Positions 1 through 8,380 of a stretch of 64,000 nucleotides of DNA are shown piece after piece. This stretch comes from Eledone cirrhosa (Eukaryota): contig OZ024758.1 in assembly GCA_964016885.1 (NCBI GenBank), forward strand, positions 248,001-312,000, in the 5' to 3' direction. Each line of letters opens with the position of its first letter. Position 1 is the stretch's first letter. The position numbers and the translations under genes are program-made. Under the pieces are notes generated by a model. The model worked only from the letters and a program-made list of their open reading frames with translations, was not told the DNA's origin and made no database searches.

Positions 1-605
1 AGCGTTAGATCATCTGCGTATAGGAGTTCCCATGGGCAGCCGGTCTTGAACTCCACTGTTATAGCCTGAAGGGCAATAATAAATAGTAGGGGGCTAAGGA
101 CGGAGCCCTGATGAACACCAACTTTTACGCTAAACTCTTCACTATATTCGTTGTTAATTCTAACCTTGCTGACTGTTTCTTTATACATGGCTCGTATAGC
201 TCTCACAAGCCATTCCTCAACACCTAGTTTTCTAAGAGCCCACCAGATAATGGAACGGGGGACTCTGTCGAAGGCTTTCTCCAAGTCAACAAAAGCTAAG
301 TATAGGGGTTTACTTTTAACTAGGTACTTCTCCTGTAGTTGTCGTACAATGAAAAGAGCGTCTGTGGTACTTTTACCTGACACAAACCCGAACTGCATTT
401 CATCTAGATCAATTCTCTCTCTGATTAGTTGCGCTATTACTTTTTCCGTGACCTTCATGACCTGGTCGATTAATTTAATGCCTCTATAGTTACTCCTATC
501 TAGGGCATCTCCTTTACCCTTGTAACAGTTAATGATGATGCTGCTACGCCAGTCCTTCAGAACAACCCCATTCTGTATGACTTGGTTTACTATCCGGGTG
601 ACCAT
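1..605 (-). mobile_element. RTE-clade LINE, RT region (copy cut by window edge)
   Basis: Same sequence as 15751-16355; minus strand encodes MQFGFVSGKSTTDA, AFVDLEKAFDRV, GVHQGSVLSPLLF and LLYADDL. Confidence 0.93.
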
Positions 606-1039
606 TACGTGTATACATCTGAAAATGTATATATGTATGCAAAGATATAAGTAAACATACATGTATACATATAGATGGACAGTTATGCATATACAATAAC
701 TTATTTCTATACATACATATACCACAAGTAAGGCATGGTGCTGCCAACTAACCAGACCTCCCTCATAATGGACCAGCTAGATCCCAAAATACAGGCCTGC
801 TTGCCAACACACAGTCCCAATAAGTGTAAGTTACAGCGCAGCTATCTGGACAGACTTGTCTTAAGACTACACACTATCCCACTACATCTTTTGTATACTA
901 TATATATACTGTTTATATATATATATACTATATATATATATACTGTTTATATATATATACACACATATAATTGTGTATTCACACATTATCTTAGTAATGA
1001 AATAATTAATAATTTTAGTAAATTGTTCAAAATTCTTCA

Positions 1040-1278
1040 TTAACCCTTTTGGTAGAAACCCAGCCAAAATTAGTTCTCGTACTATGGAAATGGTTCCTAT
1101 CTAAATTAAAGTCTTCCAACAAAATTCTATATAACAACCATATGGTAAGTTACTATGTTAGTAATTAACTAACAATTGTGATAAATAGCTCAAAATTATT
1201 CATAATTAATTGAATTATAAGGTTCATAATTATAATAAAATCTTCAAATAGGCTACGAAACCGGTAAACCTGAAAGGT
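1040..1278. mobile_element. Possible degenerate piggyBac-type MITE / AT-rich repeat (one per L spacer)
   Basis: Begins TTAA|CCCTTTTGG (piggyBac TSD plus CCCT terminus). The right end GGTAAACCTGAAAGGT is only weakly complementary. Related AT-rich sequence occurs at 985-1040 and 2325-2490. Confidence 0.35.
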
Positions 1279-1339
1279 ACACAACACACACACATTGCTA
1301 TAGCGTTTCACCAGCCCCTTCCTTCCTGAATTATTACAG

Positions 1340-2135
1340 AGATGTGTGTGTATGTAATAATTATTTGTATAATGTGTGTCTATTTATGAATATGTATGAG
1401 TAGATGTGTGTGTGTGTATCACAGTAGATGTGTATGTAACACAGTAGATGTGTATATGTAACAGAGTAGATGTGTGTTTGCATGTAACTCAGTATATGTG
1501 TATGTAACTCAGTAGATGTGTGTGTGTAACACGGTAGATGTGTGTGTGTAACACGGTAGATGTGTGTGTGTAACACGGTAGATGTGTGTGTGTAACACGG
1601 TAGATGTGTGTATGTAACAGTAGATGTGTATGTATGTAACACAGTAGATGTGTATGTATGTAACACAGTAGATGTGTGTATGTAACACAGTACATGTGTG
1701 TGTATGTAACTCAGTAGATGTGTGTGTATGTAACTCAGTAGATGTGTGTATGTAACACAGTAGATTGTGTGTATGTAACATAGAAGATGTGTGTAACACA
1801 GTAGATGTGTGTGTATGTAACACAGTAGATCTGTGTGTATGTAACTCAGTAGATGTGTGTGTATGTAACACAGGTGTGTGTATGTAACACAGTAGATGTG
1901 TGTATGTAACATAGTAGATGTGTGTATGTAACACAGAAGATGTGTGTGTATGTAACACAGTAGATGTGTGTGTATGTAACTCAGTAGATGTGTGTGTATG
2001 TAACACAGTAGATGTGTGTGTAACACAGTAGATGTGTATGTAACGCAGTAGATGTGTGTGTATATAACCCAGTTGATGTGTGTGTATGTAACACAGTAGA
2101 TGTGTGTATGTAACATAGTATATGTGTATGTAACT
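1340..2135 (+). repeat. Minisatellite, 20-24-bp unit GTAGATGTGT(GT)nATGTAACACA, roughly 30-35 units
   Basis: Directly visible; the same array recurs at ~17090-17885, ~32730-33525, ~48410-49205 and ~58197-58992. Confidence 0.95.
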
Positions 2136-2497
2136 AAAGTGTAACGTACGTTACAAATGGACGACAAAATGATTTTAACTTGTTTTTTAACAATTGATGG
2201 TGGAAAAGATTTTAAATTGTCTTAACTCAGACCATAAAGGGCCGCAACACATGGAGTCTGACACTCTTACCGGCTACATAGCCTGGGCGTCTATTTTACC
2301 GCGACCGGCTACATAGCATCTTCCTAAAATCTTCCAACATAATTTTATACAAGAACCACATGTTAAGTTACTAATAAAATAATTAATAAATAAAAACATT
2401 AGTAAGTCCTTCAAATGATATCTCAGTAATGAAATAATTAATAATTGTTATAAATACCTCAAAATTCCTCATTAATTAAACCTCATTAATTAATTAA

Positions 2498-2624
2498 GCC
2501 GCTGAAAAGTGCAACAGATGCCCTCTTCTTAGTGAGACAACTACAAAAGAGGTTCTTAGAGAAAAATAAGCCACTATACTTAGCTTTGGACATAGAGAAG
2601 GCTTTTGATAGAGAACTCTTATAA
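2498..2624 (+). pseudogene. RTE RT fragment at core start (PLKSATDALFLVRQLQKRFLEKNKPLYLALDIEKAFDR)
   Basis: Homologous to the KSTTDALFIVRQLQEKYL..KPLYLAFVDLEKAFDR segment of the 418-aa RTE ORF. Present at the start of all 8 cores and extended by EMQFGFV when preceded by S (e.g. 8432-8578). Confidence 0.85.
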
Positions 2625-2697
2625 ATGACAACATATATATATGTGTGTGTATATATATGTTTTTTTTAAAACTATATATTTATTACTCCCTTAAGCA

Positions 2698-2999
2698 GAA
2701 GAAATATATTCCCAGATATCGAAGATTACCACAATAACTAGGGAGCGGAAATCAATAGATGCTGGACATTGCTGCTGAGGGTAGGATGACCTGATGAGCT
2801 GGCTCCTGTGGTGGATACCTAAACATAGTAAGAGCCAAGTGGGATGACTGAGGTTCACCTACATACATCAGATGTCTCTGGATCTCCAGCTGGAGATTAA
2901 TGATCTCAGGAATGCCATGAAAAATCGTGACATCTAAAAAAGAAGAGTAGAATTGTTCTGGCCAATCCACCTGATCTAATAAACAATAATAATATTAAT
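2698..2999 (+). pseudogene. Decayed 3' end of a further LINE (RT C-terminus plus TAA-rich tail), one per core
   Basis: Manual translation gives EEIYSQISKITTITRERKSIDAGHCC*G*DDLMSWLLWWIPKHSKSQVG*LRFTYIHQMSLDLQLEINDLRNAMKNRDI*KRRV. This matches the typical LINE C-terminal pattern R.R....AGH....W.P..G....GRP..TY....DR..W and is followed by taataaacaataataat. Confidence 0.75.
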
Positions 3000-3067
3000 A
3001 TATATTGATGAAAATTAATTATGGTGAAATATCTTAGAAATCATTCTCAGAGGTTTTGTATTGTAAT

Positions 3068-5070
3068 CCACACTTGCTCCTTGTGGCTTCTGATGCAGAC
3101 ATCATGTCCGCCATCAGGTCCTTCCCAGCTAGCAGCTGCGGAGATGTTGATGGTCTCTGACCAGGCCTCCTCAAGGAGTTGATATCTCCCCTCTCCGCTG
3201 AGGCCGGGCGCGGCCTTCTGAGTGCAATTGTGGCGCTCACCAATAGGCTCATCCATGGCGCCCTGGACTCTTATGCTCGAGGCCTCTTTTTTTCGGCCAG
3301 CCTCACCGCTCGCAGGAAGAAAGAGGATGGCATACGCCCCATTGCTGTGGGCAATGTCTTCCGGAGGCTGGCTGCCAAGGTAATCTGCAAGTCCGTAACA
3401 CTCGGAACCGGCATCCAGGGCCTCCAGCCACCTCATTGTCAAGTTTGACATGAGGAATGCCTTCAACTCTTTACGCTGGGATCATCTGCTCGAGGCCTGC
3501 CTCAGCCGAGCCCCCTCTGCCTACCTGTCATATGGAGCCCCAAGCATGCGCCATGCTGCTGATACGGTCATACCCTTGGCTACTGGGATCCAACAGGGCA
3601 ACCCTTTGGGACCCCTCCTGTTCACCCTTGGTATTGACCACATCGCCTGGAGTATAACAGCCCCTCTCAACGTTTGGTATCTGGATGATGCTACTTTGGG
3701 TGGGCCCGTACAGGCGGTCTGCCATGACCTTCAATCGGTGGTTCCTGCCCTGGCGGGAATCGACCTCCAGGTCAACTCAGCCAAGTCGGAGGTGGTGAAT
3801 GTCAGCCTCGATGCTGCAAGCTTTGCAGTCTCCGTCTTGGACGTGCGGTCCATTCTCCGCCAGGTTCAGGTGACCCCCAAAGAGGATGCCCTCACCGATC
3901 CACCCGCCGGCCATCCGCTCCTCCATCAAGTCCAGACTCTCACGAGCCGACTGGGCTTGATTGATGCCCACCCAGTTCTCTTTCTGCTGAGGAACTGCTA
4001 CGCCATGCCGAAGCTCCTCTATACACGCTGTGCTACACCTAAACTTGTATCCGAGCAGCAGCCGATGAGATATGCAACTTTACCTGTCAGGTATGGCGGC
4101 CTTCGCCTCCAGTCCCCGATCTCACTAGCTTTGCCGGCATATCTTTCGTCGGTAACCTCGTACCACGTCCTCCTCAGCAGGGTTCTTCAAAACACAACAG
4201 AACCCTCTGTGTTCAGAGAACGCGTGGCCGCCTGTGAGACGTGGGACCGGCTGGGACTTAGCCCAGTAGACGTTCCTCCTCCTTCTCCCCCTGTTGACGT
4301 CAAGTCCCCCCCAACACACTTGGGATGCCATCCAGTGCAGCCTGGCCTCAGACAGGCTCACGCGCCAGCTCGACCAGCACCGCCTTGTTTGTTTTCGTGC
4401 AGCCTCCAAACCCCACAGTGGGGCCTGGCTCCATGCCCTGCCCTCCTTCTCCACTCGCACGCAGCTAGACAACAATAGCTTGCGCATCGGCGTTTCCCTG
4501 AGGCTCGGCCTCTCACCAATGTCGCTGCCGTTCCACCATGGACTCTTTCGGCCTCCACCCGCTTTCCTGTCGCCACAGTGCCAGCCGCAATCCACGCCAT
4601 GCTGCCCTCAACGAAGTCATTAAGCATGGCTTGGACGCTGCAGGCTTCCCTTCCCAGCTCGAGGGGACGGCAAAAGGCTAGATGGCATGACCATCTTCCC
4701 GTTCCGCGGTGGCAAACCCCTTGTCTGGGATGCCACTTGCACCGACACTTTCTGCAGCCGCAACCTGGTGCAGTCTGCGACTGGCCCAGGTTCTGCTGCA
4801 CGTCAGGCTGAGGGGGCCAAACTCCTCACATATCGTTCACTCTCCGACAGGTTTGCGGTCGTACCCCTGGAAGTGGAGACTTCTGGTGTCCTCGGCCCCA
4901 GGGCTACCTCCTTACTCACCACCATAGGCGCTGAGCTGGCCAGCCGCAGGTGTGAGCCCCGCGAGTTGGAGTGGCTTTTCCAGCGCGTCTCCCTTGCCGT
5001 GCTCCGGGGAAACGCCTTCTCCATTCTGTCCGCCGGGGCTGTGGGTGGGTCCCATCGCGTACCGTTATGA
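3068..5070 (+). mobile_element. CRE-clade (RLE-type) non-LTR retrotransposon, 5'-truncated and frameshifted, copy 1
   Basis: RT motifs GIRPIAVGNVFRRL, D.RNAFNSL, GIQQGNPLGPLLF, WYLDD, LP..YGGL. CCHC knuckle C-R-C-x9-H-x3-C followed by RHAALN. RLE motifs R(L/P)DG..WDATCTDT..K..Y..P.EVETSG, and C-terminal LFQRVSLAVLRGNA. In-frame TGA at DGL*P and several frameshifts. Confidence 0.88.
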
Positions 5071-5709
5071 ATGTATACAAAACAACTAAATCTCTTAAAT
5101 AACTTCACTTATATCCAAAACATGATTTGTATATACATCAACAGTGACTCATTATTAACGCCAGTCACGACCCCACTGCAAAAACGATATCTATATAACA
5201 ACCCCACCGTAAAACTACTCTTCCCCACTTTACAAACACTTTATATTATTTGTCATTAAGGTTTCTTAAAATAAATATATATACGTATGTGTAGTAATTA
5301 GTACGGAGACTGAGAGAGAAGGGGCGAGTGTGTCTTAATGGAGGGCACATGGGACCAGCAAAGCCCTAAAAGTAGAGACCAGTAAATGAGATAAGGTCCT
5401 AGCTATGTTAAGAATATAAATAAGAAACATGTTCTATACATTTAAGAAGACAAGAGAAACATGTTCTAAACATTTAAGAAATAATTATTTACCTCTTTCA
5501 TGTCGGTAATATAGCGGTGTTATAAAACTAATTATAACGACCGGTGTTAAAATAGAGAGAGATAGACAGATAAATGTGTGTCACACTCTCACCCTCTCTT
5601 TAAATCTTTTACACTATCTAACTCGTACTTCTCACACTCTCTTTAAATCTTTTACTCTATCTACCTCTCATTTCTATCTGTGTATGTATGTATGTATCTG
5701 TCTATGTGT

Positions 5710-5760
5710 AACTCGGTGTACTGGAGCAATATGAAGTGAAGTGTCTTGCTCAAGAAGACA
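5710..5760 (-). mobile_element. CORE-SINE central-domain fragment (one per core)
   Basis: Reverse complement TTCTTGAGCAAGACACTTCACTTCATATTGCTCCAGT matches SINE 8111-8147 TCCTTGAGCAAGACACTTTATTTCACATTGCTCCAGT. Confidence 0.7.
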
Positions 5761-6029
5761 TTTTGTGGAGTTATATCATCGTTTCTTGTTATAAAGCTAC
5801 TTATACTACCGGCGTAACAGTGGCTATAGGTGATAGATGTAGAAATAAAAGGCTGTAACAGCGATATAAATATAGATGAAATAGTTTACCACGAGACTAA
5901 GAATGAATGTTTAATGGAATTAAGTGTAATCTAATAGGAAATAAGAGGCTAGAGCAGCGAAATGTTTACGTAAAATAAAAGAACAACAAACAAGAGTGCA
6001 ACATTGAAATTTTTTTTTTTTTTTGTCGA

Positions 6030-6035
6030 TATAAG
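6030..6035 (+). promoter_or_regulatory. TATA-like element ~30 nt upstream of the tRNA-like unit
   Basis: TATAAG follows a T-rich tract and lies 31-34 nt before GCTGCCGGCG; it is conserved in all 8 cores. Confidence 0.4.
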
Positions 6036-6063
6036 CGTTATTTTATGCGCGATTTGTCTTGCT

Positions 6064-6176
6064 GCCGGCGCTGCTCAGTCAGTAGCAGCTCCGCTTACGA
6101 AGTTCAGGAGCCAACGACTTTACATGGTTCGAATCTCACCCTCTCCGCTCTTGTCGAGTTATCTCCTACTCTTTTT
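6064..6176 (+). ncRNA. Candidate Pol III (type 2) tRNA-like transcription unit, type-1 allele, copy 1
   Basis: A-box-like CTGCTCAGTCAGTAG (6071-6084) at tRNA D-arm spacing, B box GGTTCGAATC (6126-6135), TTTTT at 6172-6176. It does not close a canonical cloverleaf. Confidence 0.5.
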
Positions 6177-6222
6177 ACTTAGTTCCAGGTCATTAAAATA
6201 GAGCAAAGAGGGCGCGGCGATC

Positions 6223-6399
6223 GGCATATGCACTGGCTACAATGTTGAACTTTGGTACTGACTGCGTAGTTGAACGTTCCACATACCAACCGCCCAACTG
6301 GCCAGTCAACCGCATATGCGGCTGGCTGGCCGGTTGGGTAGTTGGCATATGTACTGGCTACCATGCTGAACATTGTACTGACTGTCAAGTTGAACGTTC
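6223..6399. repeat. Two ~57-bp direct repeats (each 2 x ~24-bp ACTGRCT-N5-GYTGAAC) flanking a 72-nt hairpin (6281-6352)
   Basis: DR1 6223-6279 GGCATATGCACTGGCTACAATGTTGAAC..ACTGACTGCGTAGTTGAACGTTC. DR2 6344-6399 GGCATATGTACTGGCTACCATGCTGAAC..ACTGACTGTCAAGTTGAACGTTC. Hairpin arms 6286-6314 and 6317-6345. Confidence 0.9.
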
Positions 6400-6622
6400 T
6401 AACCCTCTCTTTACATCTATTACTCTATCTACCGCTTATTTCTCCCCCTCTCTTTACTTCTATAACTCTATCTCCCACTCTCTTTACATCTATTACAGTG
6501 TCTCCCTGTATATATACACGTATATATGCACTAGATTTTATAAGAAATCTACGTAATAATATAATTAACAATAGTTGATGAATTAGACCAGAGTTAATTA
6601 AACAATAAATATGAATGAAATA

Positions 6623-6636
6623 GCAGTAGATGGCGA
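6623..6636 (+). promoter_or_regulatory. CTCF-like motif GCAGTAGATGGCGA (one per core)
   Basis: 12/14 match to the CTCF core consensus CCASYAGRKGGCRS; invariant in all 8 cores. Confidence 0.35.
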
Positions 6637-6844
6637 AACTTGAGTGTTGTGTGTGCATACATATATATGAGGTAAACTGGTTCAAATACTGTCAGGATTA
6701 TATTGGATCAAAGACTGTATTAAATAGAAAGTAAAAAGTGAAGTGAAAATATAAAAACAAACTGAAAATTTCCCCATCCCTAGAAAAATTCATATCTTGT
6801 TATATATAGATAATTGGCGCTTTAAATTGAATAAATATTCATTT

Positions 6845-6915
6845 ATATATATATATATGTATAGATATATGTACACTGATATATATGTGTGTATATATAT
6901 GTGTGTATATATATA

Positions 6916-6987
<72 letters not shown>

Positions 6988-6990
6988 TAT
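6845..6990. repeat. (TA)n-rich microsatellite, length polymorphic between cores
   Basis: Directly visible. Confidence 0.95.
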
Positions 6991-6991
6991 C

Positions 6992-7545
6992 AATATCAAC
7001 TTCATCATACGTCCGCTTTTCCATGCTTGCAAGGGTGGTGTGGGAGCTGATTCTGGATTGGTTTCTACAGCTGGGTGCCCTTCCTGACGCCAACCCCGTT
7101 TGCAGTGAGTGCTGGGTGCTTTTTTTTTCCGTGGCACCTCCACGTCAGCTTTACAGTGTGGGCTGGGTGCTTTTTTGCCGCGGCGCCTCCACGACCACTT
7201 TGCGGTGGGGTGGTGGGGTGGTATGTGTATACCCAGCCCATTGTCATTTGCCACACAGAAAAGCGTATAGCATCGTTCTTTACCCACGATGAATCTAGCA
7301 GACCCACCCCTCCACCTGGTCTCTTGAATACAACAAACATCGTCCTCCTTACGTTCAAGCATTTCTACAACCTCGTTAGAGCCACCCTATAAGGTGCCTA
7401 CATTAATGGTACCAACTCTGAAGTTTTGGATTGCGTTTGGAGGTTGGGAGCAGTGGGGAGCGGGGATGGGGTTAGGGTTAGCCATCCGCGGCCGAAACAA
7501 AGAGGAGGAGCCCTTGCATTCTCGTCCATGAGGTGGATTTGTCTT
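6992..7545 (-). mobile_element. Internally deleted (bipartite) non-autonomous RTE derivative: 5' region plus APE N-terminus fused to RTE-type 3' tail
   Basis: Minus strand encodes [45 protein letters not shown] (APE endonuclease start). It then jumps near 7230 to the tail GTTGGCGTCAGGAAGGGCACCCAGCTGTAGAAA..GCAAGCATGGAAAAGCGGACGT-ATGATGA. Full copies also at ~22703-23253 and ~38333-38883; cut at CIQE in cores followed by L. Confidence 0.8.
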
Positions 7546-8025
7546 TATGTATGTATATGTATATATGTATGTATGTGTGTGTATGTATGTATATGTATAT
7601 ATGAGTGTATATGTGTATATGTATGTATATGTATGTGTATGTATGTGTATATATGTGTATATGTATGTGTTTGTATATATGTGTGTGTATGTATATATGT
7701 GTGTGTATGTATATATATATATGTATGTATGTGTATATGTATGTATATGTATGTATGTGTATATGTATATATGTGTGTATGTATGTATATATGTATGTAT
7801 GTGTATATATGTATGTATGTATATGTATATATACGTGTGTATATGTATATATACTTATGTGTATATGCTTATGTATGTGTATGTATGTATATTTATATTA
7901 TGTATATATATATATCTATGTATGTATATGTATGTATATGTGTATGTATGTGTATGTATGTATGTGTATATATGTATGTATGTATATATATATGTATGTA
8001 TATGTATGTGTATGTATATGTATAT
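7546..8025. repeat. Compound (TATG/TA/TG)n microsatellite in S spacer
   Basis: Directly visible; also ~23254-23729 and ~38884-39375. Confidence 0.95.
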
Positions 8026-8380
8026 GGAGGCACATGGCTTAGTGGTTCGAGCATTGGCCTGGCAAACGAAAGGTTGTGAGTTCAATTCTCAGACCGGGTG
8101 ATGTGTTGTTTCCTTGAGCAAGACACTTTATTTCACATTGCTCCAGTTTACTCAGCTGTAGAAATGAGATGATAGGGACTGGGGTCCATATCATTCCACT
8201 GCAAAGTGGTCGTGGAGGTGCCACGGCAAAAAAGCACTCAGCACTCACTGTAAATGAGGTTGGTGTTAGGAAGGGCATCCAGCTGTAGAAATCAAGCCAG
8301 AATCAGTTCCCGTCCCACCCTTGCAAGCAGGGAAAAAGCGGACTTAAAACGAAATGATGATGATGATGATGATGATGATG
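8026..8380 (+). mobile_element. tRNA-derived CORE-type SINE with RTE-derived 3' tail and (GAT)n end
   Basis: A box TGGCTTAGTGG, B box GAGTTCAATTC, CORE-like CCTTGAGCAAGACACTT, tail GGTTGGTGTTAGGAAGGGCATCCAGCTGTAGAAA shared with the RTE 3' UTR, and (GAT)n. Confidence 0.85.

Noticed and set aside
735-1043. 102-aa ORF MVLPTNQTSLIMDQLDPK
   Set aside because: No recognisable domain; it runs into a (TA)n tract and its frame changes in the copies at 47770 and 57558.
1361-2167. 268-aa His/Thr/Tyr-rich ORF and similar YI/VC/MY-rich ORFs (e.g. 7426-8101)
   Set aside because: Stop-free translations of mini- and microsatellites; no protein-like complexity.
2791-2850. CTGATGAG hammerhead ribozyme core
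   Set aside because: No matching GAAA after a stem II; the sequence is explained as decayed LINE coding sequence (DLMSW).
5423-5480. Two p53-type half-sites AAACATGTTC in a 32-bp-period duplication
   Set aside because: The half-sites are 22 nt apart, beyond the usual 0-13 spacing; a local tandem duplication explains it.
6064-6147. Functional tRNA (Arg-ACG, Ser-CGA, or a minus-strand tRNA-Sec-like D arm CTGAACTTCGTAAGCGG)
   Set aside because: Acceptor, anticodon and T stems do not pair. The minus strand lacks a T-loop and a properly placed TCA anticodon arm.
6223-6399. CRISPR-like GTTGAAC repeats
   Set aside because: Eukaryotic context, 5-nt variable parts rather than ~30-nt spacers, and no cas genes.
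5071-6840. Spliced-leader, U1/U2/U5/U6 snRNA, 5S, 7SL or histone gene as the array payload or CRE target
   Set aside because: I looked by eye for the diagnostic conserved sequences on both strands and found none. A divergent SL RNA cannot be excluded without a covariance search.
7468-7482. TTAGGG-type repeat; the minus strand reads CTAACCCTAAC like a telomerase RNA template
   Set aside because: Only about two units, inside the 5' region of an RTE derivative; no pseudoknot or H/ACA evidence seen.
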